Positions 25,104 through 35,200 of a stretch of DNA of 50,720 nt are shown in pieces. Below the pieces are notes generated by a model, which worked only from the letters and a program-made list of their open reading frames with translations, did not search any database and was not told the DNA's origin. The position numbers were made by a program, and so were the translations under genes. The DNA is from a virus (taxonomy: Duplodnaviria > Caudoviricetes). Each line of letters opens with the position of its first letter. Within the stretch, counting starts at the first letter, position 1. Location: IMG/VR virus record IMGVR_UViG_3300023179_000002, positions 1-50,720 of that record; one strand, given 5' to 3'.

Positions 25104-27150
25104 TCCGCGCTACTTCTAAGAGACGTGTTCCTGTGCCCAACAAAGTTAAAGTATCTGCGGTATTGGTTAAAGTGAAGTTAGTCGCTCCTGCAAGTTCAAT
25201 GTTCGAGCTATTAACGACCTCAATGGCTCGAGTATTTGACGCGGAGCGAATAGTGATCATTTGCCCTGCGGCAACATTAGTTAAGTTGTCCAGCTGGTCA
25301 AAGGCACTCGCTGTTTCTGTATCAGCAGCCAACACACGGGTGGTGGGATCCAAAATATTTATAACTCCCGCAGCGATATCCGATGTCTGTTGGATAGCGG
25401 TCTGAAGTTGGTGCCCTGTTCCTGTACCCCTGCGGATTTCTGTGTTGCAGTCACTCAGGTAGTTGTTAAATGCGCGGCAGTTTGTAGCGTTATCGTCCAG
25501 ATAAATTCCTGTCAAAGACGATGGCGTCACGCCTGTCACAATATTATCCATGATATTTATCTTCGTACAAGACCCAGAAGATGATGCGTTGATAAATATG
25601 CCTTCTGCGTTGGAGGAATTGTCCTTCACACGAATGGAATTACCTGTGACCGTGACGACCTGGCTGTCCCTTACAGTGATCCCTCGACCATCTGCTTCCG
25701 TGGGTCGAGCCACGGAGTTTCCAGTGATGGACCCACAATAAACGTCTTCAACAACGATGCCCGCGGATCCTCCGAAAGAATCCACAACATTCCCAGACAC
25801 CACGACATCATGGTTGGTTCCTACACCGGAAGGCGTGTTACAGTAAATTCCGATGCCTGTCACGTTACCAACGGAGTTGCCGATAATGGCGATACGCCGA
25901 GATTCCGCAACCGTTCCCCGTATCCCGCGGTTTACATGAATACCGTGAGAGGCGGCTCCGGAAACATTGTTCCCTTGCACAAGAATACGCCCCTCGGCGT
26001 CAGATTCATTGTGGTAATAGATACCAATATCTTGGCTATCTTTAATGTAGTTATTCGCCACTATGCCCGAAGGGCACTCGAAGTTGATGCCTACACCACT
26101 CGAGTTAAAGACGTTATTGCCCACAATGTAGATATCTTCCGCAGCGGCATGGGTGTCGATCGCATCGCCTCCGACACTTGTCAGTGACAGGGAGCTATTA
26201 GTCACATTGTTACTTGCGAAAAGAATCCTACGAGGAATCCCTTTTGTGGCGCTGGTATTGTTCGTTGACAAGGAATGGCGCACACGATCAAAAGTGCAGT
26301 TTGCAATAATAATGTCCTGAGTGCAGTTAGTGACTGAGACGCCATATGCTGTGTTGGAACGGAAATTCTCAAAATTGCAGCCGAGAACACGGCTTTTAAT
26401 CGTGTCTAAAAAATAAATTCCTCGTAGATCTGTTTTAATAAACGAGGTACGAGCAACGCTTATATTTTTCCCTAAGAAAAACTTAGCTCCGTAATGATTG
26501 GCTCCTTGGCCGCCACCAACGATACGACCGCCATCAATGTAAATGTTCTCGACTAGGTTAACTTTGTTTACAGTCGCGGAGTCAGAGACGTTGTATGTGC
26601 TCTGAAGAGGGCTTTCCAGCGTGAGGGTTGTGGCAGTCAGGGCCGTGATCTGATTGATCTCGCCTAGTTCAGAATCCGTGTCATAAGTATCAAATTGTGC
26701 GTTAGAGGCTACGCGGACATAATCCCCCACGGTAAATCCCGTTGTCGCAGCCATGGTCAAAGTTTTTGTGCCCTGGACAGCATTTACGGTGAGTGCCACC
26801 GTGGGGTTATCTGTTCCGGTCACATTCAAAAGAGTAGTGTTCGCCGGCGCATTCGCCATGTTGAAGATGCACTGCGGATCCAGCACAAGATTGGTTCCTG
26901 CAGGTAACGTCAGTCCCGATAAAAAGTTATATGTCCCTGCTAAACCTCTGAGAGCATACCCTGAGTTTAAAGCTAATTGCATCGCTTGTGTGTTATCTTG
27001 CGCTGCGTTGCTTACGCCGAAATATTCCAGCGTTTTGAATCCTCCAAACTGGAAGTCCCGAAGAAATTCAAAGTTTTCATCGACCCAAGCGGCAGGTACG
27101 CACGGCCAAGATTGTTCGGTGAAACGCCAGGGTAATTGTGTTTGTGTCAT
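25090..27150 (-). CDS. Tailspike, right-handed beta-helix (pectin lyase-like)
   Basis: FG....DNT.A.Q.A entry motif and many I.GN.V/GI repeats. Confidence 0.85.
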   Translation of the reverse strand: MTQTQLPWRFTEQSWPCVPAAWVDENFEFLRDFQFGGFKTLEYFGVSNAAQDNTQAMQLALNSGYALRGLAGTYNFLSGLTLPAGTNLVLDPQCIFNMANAPANTTLLNVTGTDNPTVALTVNAVQGTKTLTMAATTGFTVGDYVRVASNAQFDTYDTDSELGEINQITALTATTLTLESPLQSTYNVSDSATVNKVNLVENIYIDGGRIVGGGQGANHYGAKFFLGKNISVARTSFIKTDLRGIYFLDTIKSRVLGCNFENFRSNTAYGVSVTNCTQDIIIANCTFDRVRHSLSTNNTSATKGIPRRILFASNNVTNSSLSLTSVGGDAIDTHAAAEDIYIVGNNVFNSSGVGINFECPSGIVANNYIKDSQDIGIYYHNESDAEGRILVQGNNVSGAASHGIHVNRGIRGTVAESRRIAIIGNSVGNVTGIGIYCNTPSGVGTNHDVVVSGNVVDSFGGSAGIVVEDVYCGSITGNSVARPTEADGRGITVRDSQVVTVTGNSIRVKDNSSNAEGIFINASSSGSCTKINIMDNIVTGVTPSSLTGIYLDDNATNCRAFNNYLSDCNTEIRRGTGTGHQLQTAIQQTSDIAAGVINILDPTTRVLAADTETASAFDQLDNLTNVAAGQMITIRSASNTRAIEVVNSSNIELAGATNFTLTNTADTLTLLGTGTRLLEVARSDNG

Positions 27151-27884
27151 TATTGTGCCCTCATAACAATCGTAGGCATACCGGCAGTACCGCCGTTTAC
27201 TTCGGTCGCAGTCCCGAAAGAAACAGGAAGTGACCCATAAACGGCAGCTCCCGTAACCGCCCCGTTCATGGAGGATGACGCACTGACAACGGCACCTTGT
27301 ACTGTTGTTGATCCAGTAAGCGCGTTATATGTGCTGACTGCTGTAGTGCCAGGACCCGTGACGGAAGGCGCAGAACCTGACCAAGAGTGAAGAGAGGCCA
27401 GCCAATAAACATCCGGAGCTAATGTAACCGCAGGAGATAATGTAAAAGTGACATTAGAGTTACTGGCCGTGGTTGTCTGTTCCGCTACGCCTTGCGCCAC
27501 AAGTGTACCGGGACGACCCCCCGTCCCTGTTGAATCATAAATACCAACACGCGCAACTGACCCCGAACCACTTGTTGTTACCCGAAAAGCAAGCGCATCT
27601 ATGGTCACCGTCTCATATATCGGCATGGGCAGGGCGTATAGTGTATTTTGCGCGCCCACTGCCGTGGTGGTTGCGCCAGACAAGCTTACCCCGTACCAAT
27701 TCTGTGATCTGTATCCTGGAATAAGATCACCAACTTTGAGGTTGGTACGAGCCTGACTGACCGTTTGTCCTGCCGTACCGCCTTTGGCGATTTCGACCGG
27801 CAAAGAAGGGGCCGGAGGTCCACTAAAACTCCCTGCAAAAGCGGGGAGGTTTAAACACAAAAAGATAAGAAGAAAGTTTTTCAT
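27150..27884 (-). CDS. Beta-rich virion-module protein with signal peptide
   Basis: MKNFLLIFLCLNLPAFA; IAKGGT..ARTNL fibre repeat; R.GIYD..G.PG.L domain. Confidence 0.7.
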   Translation of the reverse strand: MKNFLLIFLCLNLPAFAGSFSGPPAPSLPVEIAKGGTAGQTVSQARTNLKVGDLIPGYRSQNWYGVSLSGATTTAVGAQNTLYALPMPIYETVTIDALAFRVTTSGSGSVARVGIYDSTGTGGRPGTLVAQGVAEQTTTASNSNVTFTLSPAVTLAPDVYWLASLHSWSGSAPSVTGPGTTAVSTYNALTGSTTVQGAVVSASSSMNGAVTGAAVYGSLPVSFGTATEVNGGTAGMPTIVMRAQ

Positions 27885-27889
27885 AATGA

Positions 27890-28336
27890 TTACTGACCCT
27901 CCGTTACAAGGACAGTCGCGGTTCCCGTGGAAGCAATCGCGTTGACCGCTCGACGATCAATGTTCCCGCTGGAGAAAAACATTTCAAAGGTTTGTTGGGG
28001 CAGTAACACAATTCCAGTGTTCAAAGCAGCTGCGGTTCCTGTTGCAATAAACACAGACGCTGCGGTGGATGTGTTTTGCAGCAATCTGTATTTCGCTGAG
28101 GTGTTTGCGGCTAATACTGGGGTCGAGCTTCCAGGTACAGCCACCGCTGTACTTGTGTACGCTACTGCATTTCCCACAATCGAAGACCCCGTCGTTACTA
28201 CCGGCAACGGATTACTCGCTGTCACCGGAGCGCAATTTGGCCCGAAGGCACCCCCTGATGTTTGAACACAAGGGGAAACAGACTGTTGCGCCAACGCTGA
28301 CGTTGACAACAACATAAATAAAACCAATACGCGCAT
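27890..28336 (-). CDS. Beta-rich virion-module protein with signal peptide
   Basis: MRVLVLFMLLSTSALA-QQ; AGGAGG RBS. Confidence 0.7.
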   Translation of the reverse strand: MRVLVLFMLLSTSALAQQSVSPCVQTSGGAFGPNCAPVTASNPLPVVTTGSSIVGNAVAYTSTAVAVPGSSTPVLAANTSAKYRLLQNTSTAASVFIATGTAAALNTGIVLLPQQTFEMFFSSGNIDRRAVNAIASTGTATVLVTEGQ

Positions 28337-28346
28337 AGAAGCCTCC

Positions 28347-29252
28347 TTAGGTGGCACGGATGATGATGTTGACGATAAGGGCAGGTGGCATATTTTGCGC
28401 TGTTCCGGCTCCTGCGTTCACCGCTGTGGCAGTGATACCTGTGCTGGCATTCTGAATGGCTCCAGCTAAGTTCCCTGCGTTAAAGGATGTAGCATCGCGG
28501 GAAGAAAGGACTGCGGTGCCCGCTGCGTATCCCTCCCAGCGCGTGATGGTGTGACTGTGGCCAGGATCGGTGACATTCACTGTGTGCGTATGCTGGAACA
28601 ACCTCTCGTCGCCTCCCGATGCGCCCAGCGTTGTGCCCGTAATACCGGAGATAGCGTTAGTGATACGATTCGCAGCGCTGCCCCCCATATTATCCTTTCC
28701 GAACAAAGCTCGCCCACGGGCATCGGGCAAATTGAAAGTTGTCGATCCGTCCCCTGCGCCAAAGGTAGTCCCGACCACAGAAAACAATGACGCATACGTT
28801 GTGCGACTGACTGCTGCGCCATCGCACACTAAGTAATTAGAGGGGATCACTGCTCCCGGCCAACACACCATGGCGCCTACAGGAACAACTAACCCGTCGA
28901 GGCCAAGGTTTCCCCTAGCCGCAGATGCGCTCGTGAGATCCGCAAGGTTCTGGGCTTTTTGGAGATACAGATCCGGATCCACCCCATAGGTCTCTTGGTC
29001 CCAGATGGTGTTGTCCAAAGAATCCTTTAGTATCTGGCGGTATGCACCTGCGCCCCAGATCACGGCTTCCCCGCGGGAGTCCAAGATCACGGGGTTAGTA
29101 TTCAGAATCGTTTGTGCACGGTCCTGATATGTGTTTTTGGGAGTCGTGGTTGAAGGTATATAAAAATATACTTTCCCCCCAACAAGCGCAGCACCGTTGT
29201 TATCAACAAAGCGCTGCTTGCCATTAACGAGTAAACTACCGGACATGATCAC
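28347..29252 (-). CDS. Tail fibre with N-terminal virion-binding domain and tail-collar domain
   Basis: GGKVYFY..TTTPK.TY..NTNPVILD..G; P.G....W.G..P..YL.CDG..VSR..YA.LF..G..FG.GDG.TTFNLPD.RG. Confidence 0.85.
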   Translation of the reverse strand: MIMSGSLLVNGKQRFVDNNGAALVGGKVYFYIPSTTTPKNTYQDRAQTILNTNPVILDSRGEAVIWGAGAYRQILKDSLDNTIWDQETYGVDPDLYLQKAQNLADLTSASAARGNLGLDGLVVPVGAMVCWPGAVIPSNYLVCDGAAVSRTTYASLFSVVGTTFGAGDGSTTFNLPDARGRALFGKDNMGGSAANRITNAISGITGTTLGASGGDERLFQHTHTVNVTDPGHSHTITRWEGYAAGTAVLSSRDATSFNAGNLAGAIQNASTGITATAVNAGAGTAQNMPPALIVNIIIRAT

Positions 29253-31273
29253 TCTCTCCTTTTGTCAGACATATTTTCGATCTGGACCGTACCCATTGTC
29301 AGCGGGCCTCCAGAAGTCATGTATTGAACTAGGGGGTTACTAGAGACTTGTCGTGCTGTATTAGAAACGGTTTGCATGATCGGGCCAGGAAAAAGTTTCT
29401 GCGTCAAAACAGCATCCATGTACCGAGGGCTGTTAATTACTTTCGACCCAAGATAGTTTGCACCCAGAACCACAGGTAAAGAGGCTACCGCAGGAACTCC
29501 GGCCGCCGCAAGGCCCGCAGCTCCGGTAAGCGCACCTAGGCCCCCTCGGATAGCATCGGCTGCAGAGGAAATCGCGGTCAATTTCCCAGCCGTTCCGGCG
29601 TCTTTTCCAGGGCTAAAGAATCGTTGACCTATGCGAGCCAACTCTCCCATGTCGCCTGTCTCTCCGCGCGCTACTTTTTCAGGACCGTACACCGCACGAA
29701 CCGCCGTTGCTAACGACTGAGGCGTGAGTACTCCTTCTGAACCTGTGTTACTGTACCCCGCGGCACGCTCCAGAACCTTATAGTTCTTGTACTGCCCTCG
29801 CAATTTCTGGAACTCGTTGAGCTGAGTCTTGCTCACACTATCTTCAATAGCATCGAATAAGATGTCTTTGATCTCGTTACCCGCTTGTTTTAATGTAGGA
29901 TTAGGGCTTCGGGCTAATTTATCCAGTATTGAGTTGCGGGCAATCAATTCTTGAATCTCTTGGCCGGATAGACCTTTTACAGCAGCCTCTGCGGCTTCTG
30001 CTGCTTTCTTTGCACCTTTCTTGGCAACCTTCATCACACCTTCTTCAATGCCTTCTTCGACGCCTTCTTTTGAAGCCTTCTCCGTCATCTTGTTAATGAC
30101 ATTGTCGATTACCCGCTTGACAGGGGAGACTTCCGCATCGGTCAAAGTTGACTCTTCTAAAAAGGATGCCAAACGCGCTTTGGCCTGTTCTGCTTGTGAA
30201 ACAGGTACATCTAACACACTCACCGCGTCCTCAAACTTTTTGCCTAAGTTACTATATACTTCCTCTAATGTCTCAGGGCGCACATTGTCAGCAGATTCTC
30301 CCGTAGTCTTAACTAATTGGGACATGAACTGTCGTTGTCTATCCGCAGCTACTTCGTCCGAAACCGAAAAAGGAAGTTTCGCAGACATCTCGTCAAGGTC
30401 ACCTAGAAACTTATTTCGTTGCGTCATGGGAACTGTAACATCAATACCTAAGTCCCGTGCCCTGCGGACCAGTGCCGCATCTCGCGGAGATAGTTTAGGT
30501 AATACAGCGCTCCTTCCTGCCTCATAGATTTCTCCTACCGCAGATGGGGCCATCCCCAGCACACTACCGATACTAAACCCTTCTCCGGCCAGTTCAGGGA
30601 TCGACTTTTCCCCTGACGACGCATTAGCCAATACGTTCCCGATCGCCCCTTGCATCCCTGCCTGTGTTCCTCGAGACAAAGTTTTTAGGATCGGTGCCGT
30701 CGTTCTTCCGGCAAGAAAATCTATGGCGGGTCCCACCGCAGGGGCAACAGTTTTTATTCCTTGTCCAATCGCTTGGCCCGCTATGTTCATAGGTATCATG
30801 ATCGGTGCGGTTGCGGCAATTTGCCCACCTGCACGGCCCAACATCGCGGGCAAATCTTCCTCGTATCCAGCTTGTTTGAATTGCTCTGTTTTCGCACGAC
30901 TTTCCTCAACAGCCTGTTTGGCTGTTGGAAAAAGTCCCCCCATCGTAAGCGGCCCAAACTTCTCCTCTAAGGCAAGCGCAGGTTTGTCCGCTAACGCTGC
31001 CACGTCACGTACTCCTTGCCCAAAACCAACCCCTACCTTGGGTAGGATGTCTTGTTCAAGTTGTTGCGAGACACCAGAACCTACTGCGCGGACAAGACCT
31101 GCCGCCGTCCGAACGCCTTCTTTAATTTGATTGTACTCATCTAACGATTTACCTAAGCGGCGTTCAAGCGCGGAGGGCTGCCTAGACGAGGTCTGCGACC
31201 TATACGTACTTAACGGTTTACCTAACCGTTTTTCCAGAAAAGACGAGCGAGCGGATTCTTGAGCGGCCATCAC
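29249..31273 (-). CDS. DNA injection/internal virion protein (P22 gp16 position)
   Basis: Large Ala/Gly-rich helical protein; synteny. Confidence 0.65.
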   Translation of the reverse strand: MMAAQESARSSFLEKRLGKPLSTYRSQTSSRQPSALERRLGKSLDEYNQIKEGVRTAAGLVRAVGSGVSQQLEQDILPKVGVGFGQGVRDVAALADKPALALEEKFGPLTMGGLFPTAKQAVEESRAKTEQFKQAGYEEDLPAMLGRAGGQIAATAPIMIPMNIAGQAIGQGIKTVAPAVGPAIDFLAGRTTAPILKTLSRGTQAGMQGAIGNVLANASSGEKSIPELAGEGFSIGSVLGMAPSAVGEIYEAGRSAVLPKLSPRDAALVRRARDLGIDVTVPMTQRNKFLGDLDEMSAKLPFSVSDEVAADRQRQFMSQLVKTTGESADNVRPETLEEVYSNLGKKFEDAVSVLDVPVSQAEQAKARLASFLEESTLTDAEVSPVKRVIDNVINKMTEKASKEGVEEGIEEGVMKVAKKGAKKAAEAAEAAVKGLSGQEIQELIARNSILDKLARSPNPTLKQAGNEIKDILFDAIEDSVSKTQLNEFQKLRGQYKNYKVLERAAGYSNTGSEGVLTPQSLATAVRAVYGPEKVARGETGDMGELARIGQRFFSPGKDAGTAGKLTAISSAADAIRGGLGALTGAAGLAAAGVPAVASLPVVLGANYLGSKVINSPRYMDAVLTQKLFPGPIMQTVSNTARQVSSNPLVQYMTSGGPLTMGTVQIENMSDKRRE

Positions 31274-32715
31274 TCAATCTCCGCAGGGATCCAGCCGCGT
31301 TCGGCTGCATAGTCGTATTGCCTTTGAAACTTTTTAAGTTCAGACGTGTTCATCTCAGAGACCATCTTCTCCAGCTCAGATCCGCTCATGTACACCGATT
31401 GGAACACACGAGGGTCATATTTTTTGTTAAATTCGTTGCGCCAAGCTTGGAACTGCGACACTTTTGTTCCGGATTGCTGCGCTTTTTCCCATTCATTATT
31501 CATAACGGCAATAGCGTCCTCGTTGCCTTTTAAAAGTTTCAAGATTGTTTTGTTCCCTAAAGTGGACAAATACTCATTGGGATTGCTTTTAAGAGCATTT
31601 CCCAATTTTTCGTCCGTCCCTGTTCCGCCAAGTTGTTGAAGTTGCGCGGCGGCAAGCTGAGCGCCAAGTTTGCTGAACTCTTCTAGAGAAGCAACTTTGA
31701 CAGGGTTTTCGATATTGAACGGCGCAATCTGGTTTAGCGTGGCAGCTATTTTATTAAAGTCTCCTGCCAGAGGGCCTGTCTCTGCTTGAGACAACGCCAT
31801 CTCCATGTTCTGGAGTACGGCTTTTCTGTCAGGAACATTTTGCGCGGTTCTTGCCAATTCCGCAGCCATTTCTCCCGCAACTTTACCCTTTACGGTACGC
31901 GCTTCTTGCTCTTCAGGGGATAGCCCTGTCGGCATCATCTTGGTACCTGCTGGCGCAGAGGGCTCAGAAGCTATCTCTGTATAGTCAGGTGGCATACCAT
32001 CTACTGGTATCCCCGCTGTGTCGGGAAGACTTTGAGCAATTTCTTCAGGCGAAGGGGGAGGTGCAATTCCCCCTGTCCCTGTGCCCATGTCATTTTGCTG
32101 AGCCTGTCCGCGTAAAGGGTTTGGTGCATTTCGATCAGGAACAATCACATAAGGCTCGCCGGTATTCGGATCAGTGTACACAGTAGTAGGAGGCGCTCCG
32201 ATACGAGGCGCGGAACCTGTGACATTCCGGTTGGTTAAGGGATTCACGTCTACCGGTTGAAGGACATCGCCTAGGTTCTGGAAGGCAATACTGGGCTGAT
32301 AGTCTTTCCCTTTACCAATAAGGGTGGCGGTTTGTTGGGCCAGCCCAAGGACTGATTGATACCTTGCGTCGTCGTCAAGGTTTTTTGTTTCGTTCAAATA
32401 AGTAATGACATCATTAACAGGGAAACGACCTTTAAGGTACTCGTCACTCATCATTTGAGCCGCCGTTTTTTCTAAAGCCGCACTGGACACGCCACCTTTA
32501 GACAAGAGCAAAGGTGTCAAATACGAGTTAATTCTCTCCGCGCGTTTTAGCGCGAGGTCCATTTCGCCCTGCTCCACTTGGTTGCGAAGCAATTCGTTTT
32601 GCTGACGGGTGTTCTGAACCTGACCACGCAGAAGCCTTTGCTGAATCTGGTTGGTCTGCTGGTCCTGCACATTGGACATAAAATTCCGGTAAATGTTGGG
32701 ATCTAATTCAGCCAT
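31270..32715 (-). CDS. DNA injection protein (P22 gp20 position)
   Basis: Gln-rich helical protein; synteny. Confidence 0.65.
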   Translation of the reverse strand: MAELDPNIYRNFMSNVQDQQTNQIQQRLLRGQVQNTRQQNELLRNQVEQGEMDLALKRAERINSYLTPLLLSKGGVSSAALEKTAAQMMSDEYLKGRFPVNDVITYLNETKNLDDDARYQSVLGLAQQTATLIGKGKDYQPSIAFQNLGDVLQPVDVNPLTNRNVTGSAPRIGAPPTTVYTDPNTGEPYVIVPDRNAPNPLRGQAQQNDMGTGTGGIAPPPSPEEIAQSLPDTAGIPVDGMPPDYTEIASEPSAPAGTKMMPTGLSPEEQEARTVKGKVAGEMAAELARTAQNVPDRKAVLQNMEMALSQAETGPLAGDFNKIAATLNQIAPFNIENPVKVASLEEFSKLGAQLAAAQLQQLGGTGTDEKLGNALKSNPNEYLSTLGNKTILKLLKGNEDAIAVMNNEWEKAQQSGTKVSQFQAWRNEFNKKYDPRVFQSVYMSGSELEKMVSEMNTSELKKFQRQYDYAAERGWIPAEIE

Positions 32716-32744
32716 GAGAGTTTTCTCCCTGTTCCCCTGTGCGT

Positions 32745-33422
32745 TTATCGACCGAAGCCGAAGTCATAAACGGCCCCGTATATCCCACTAGGGATACTTG
32801 CAAGTGCTTGCGATCCTGCCAGTTGCGAAGCCGCTTGTGCGTTTGCACCAGAGGCTAATGTTTGAGCAATTCCTGCGCCGGCTTGGGTCCCGTAGTTTCC
32901 TACTTGTGCCGCAGAGTTCTGCCCAAGCTGCGAGATGCCCATTAACCGGTTGAATTGGTTAGTTTGATTCAGAACCGCATTTGCAAATTGATTTTGGTAT
33001 GTGGAATCTGCCAGTCCCGTTGCAAAATTTGCAGCACCTTTTAAGGCCGCACCCGATGTCCCCAAGCCCCGTGCCGCAGCGGAGTTTTGTACTGCACGAA
33101 GCCCTTGCGCCAAGTTAAACTGGTACCCCGGTGTCTGTTCCAAGGTCGCTTGATCCATGACAATCGGTTTCAACAAGTCACTTTTCAACACATCGTTGCT
33201 ATGGCCATCAATTCCTGTCAGCCGGCGAAGTTGATCAATACCACTATACCCTGCTTGCATATACGGCAACAAATCTTCCCGTACTTGCCTAAACATCCTG
33301 TCCTGTACAGCAGCCGCATCACGTGCGCCCGCAGCCTGAGTGTCCGCCGCGTCGGACGCGCCAGAGCTCGAAATGAGGCCCCCTGCAACGGAGGCAACTG
33401 CACCTACCGCAGTTTCAACCAT
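32745..33422 (-). CDS. DNA transfer protein (P22 gp7-like)
   Basis: AAxxQ..PY..AG, TPGYQF..QG..A..NSAAARG..SGA.LK. Confidence 0.8.
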   Translation of the reverse strand: MVETAVGAVASVAGGLISSSGASDAADTQAAGARDAAAVQDRMFRQVREDLLPYMQAGYSGIDQLRRLTGIDGHSNDVLKSDLLKPIVMDQATLEQTPGYQFNLAQGLRAVQNSAAARGLGTSGAALKGAANFATGLADSTYQNQFANAVLNQTNQFNRLMGISQLGQNSAAQVGNYGTQAGAGIAQTLASGANAQAASQLAGSQALASIPSGIYGAVYDFGFGR

Positions 33423-33423
33423 A

Positions 33424-33879
33424 CTAACCCCCTAAAAGTTTGGTGAAAACAACCTCTGCTTTAATGTAGCCCATTGATTCAAAAAGAGGACTACAATCAG
33501 CTTTAACCCAAGAGCCCATATACACTTTACGAACACCTCTTCGTAAAAGATCTTTCTCAAGAAACTGCAACGCTTCCTTGGCAATCCCTTGTCGACGATA
33601 CTTTGGCGCAACATAAAAAATATCGACCACGTATGTCAGACATTCTTTGTAGTGCAGACCCGGAGCAATAAACCCTATGTAGTATCCGATCAGCTCACCA
33701 GCATCTCGCATGGTGACCACGTGTGTTTCACCCGCTTGCTCGCGGAGCAGATATGTGTCGTACTGCGGATCAAGTTTAATGATCCCCTGATCCAGGGCGA
33801 CTTCTTTGTGGTGTTCCACCACAACTTTTTTAAGTTCCGGAAGAATGCCCGCGAAGGTTTCAAGCTGAATAGAAATCAT
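33424..33879 (-). CDS. GNAT-family acetyltransferase
   Basis: DIFYVAPKYRRQGIA acetyl-CoA motif; ATGA coupling to the upstream gene. Confidence 0.8.
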   Translation of the reverse strand: MISIQLETFAGILPELKKVVVEHHKEVALDQGIIKLDPQYDTYLLREQAGETHVVTMRDAGELIGYYIGFIAPGLHYKECLTYVVDIFYVAPKYRRQGIAKEALQFLEKDLLRRGVRKVYMGSWVKADCSPLFESMGYIKAEVVFTKLLGG

Positions 33880-34364
33880 TGTTCCACCCAGAGTTTTACC
33901 GTGATATACGTTAGGTCCGATGCGGAATAGTTTTGGGCAACAGCTTCTTTGTTCGAGGCCACCCACCAAACTTGGCCAGGCGCAGGGCATATTTGTTCCT
34001 CGTCACAACGAAGAATCGCCCCTTTATCCGCCTCTACAATAATAAAATACTCCTCGAATACTTCATAGGCTCCGCCATTAAGGTGAAGCTCACCTTTAGT
34101 TCCAGGCGCAAACCGAATACAAGAAACATCTTCAATTCGGGTTGCTTCAACTCGTCTCGCTAGATCAAAGACTAAAGGTTTTATTTTATTAACGAGACCG
34201 GCAGAAGTATACCATGAAAATCCCGCTCCTGCAAGATTTTCTCGGATTGGCAGCACTTGTGTTTTCTCACGGAGTGGGCGCCATTTATGCCCCATACCTC
34301 GGTGCAATTCGTAAAGAATACTTGGGACATCGACTTGTTGTGCGAGGCAGAAAAAGTTCTTCAT
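33876..34364 (-). CDS. Asp/Asn beta-hydroxylase-like (2OG-Fe fold) protein, apparently degenerate
   Basis: I...PG....H..., G.VWW....N.S..D pattern; metal ligands altered. Confidence 0.6.
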   Translation of the reverse strand: MKNFFCLAQQVDVPSILYELHRGMGHKWRPLREKTQVLPIRENLAGAGFSWYTSAGLVNKIKPLVFDLARRVEATRIEDVSCIRFAPGTKGELHLNGGAYEVFEEYFIIVEADKGAILRCDEEQICPAPGQVWWVASNKEAVAQNYSASDLTYITVKLWVEQ

Positions 34365-35200
34365 GTTTTAATCACCCAGGTGATGACGGCGTAAGGGGAT
34401 ATCGTGGAGAAAGCAGTTCCGGACCCCGTGTTGCCTGTTGTTATACCGGTTACCGCACTGTTAACAGTCGCTCCTGTGGTATTACTATTTACCGTAATCC
34501 CTGTGGCCGAACTGTTGATGACAATCCCTGTGGCCGCCGTATTGATTGTGATGCCTGTGGAACTGCTGCTTGTCGTTACAGCGCCACCGCTTCCGTTTCC
34601 GGCGTTAACAGGCGATGTCACACCAACCCCTCCCTGCGGAACCGTATGAGCATGGGTAGGATCAGTTATATTGTGGAAGTGCCCTGCGTCCGTAATAGTA
34701 TGGGCATGGGTAGGGTCTGTTATAGCGTGAGCATGTCCTGGGTCCGTAACAACGTGCGTGTGTCCTGGATCTATAACACTATGGTTATGAGGCGGAAGAT
34801 TGGCCGTCGATAAAGTGACTGACGATGCTCCACCAAGTGCCCCTAACACATACGAGCTGCCGCTTCCCAAAAGCATTCGCCCACGAAGATCTGGTATGCC
34901 GAAGGTACTGGAGCCATCCCCTGCACCCCATGTTGTGCCAATCGCAGCAAACAACGACGCATATGTCGTCCGACTTATGACACTACCATCGCACACAATC
35001 CATCCAGAGGGGGCCGTTGCATAAGCAATGGCTTTGATGTCCCCAGAAACAAAGCCGCCTGGATTGGTTTCCCCACTGGCTCCTCCGGTCCTATCCCAAA
35101 GAGACAGCATGAACCGGTACCACTCTTGGTTGATCCTGCCTGTTCCTGGTACCACAAACTCTGTGGTAATTTTGGGGAACCCCTGCGGTGCAACGGCCAT
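34361..35200 (-). CDS. Tail-collar protein with HxH needle repeats
   Basis: Collar motif P.GW..CDG..SR..YA.LF; six tandem HxH..(T)DP repeats. Confidence 0.85.
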   Translation of the reverse strand: MAVAPQGFPKITTEFVVPGTGRINQEWYRFMLSLWDRTGGASGETNPGGFVSGDIKAIAYATAPSGWIVCDGSVISRTTYASLFAAIGTTWGAGDGSSTFGIPDLRGRMLLGSGSSYVLGALGGASSVTLSTANLPPHNHSVIDPGHTHVVTDPGHAHAITDPTHAHTITDAGHFHNITDPTHAHTVPQGGVGVTSPVNAGNGSGGAVTTSSSSTGITINTAATGIVINSSATGITVNSNTTGATVNSAVTGITTGNTGSGTAFSTISPYAVITWVIKT

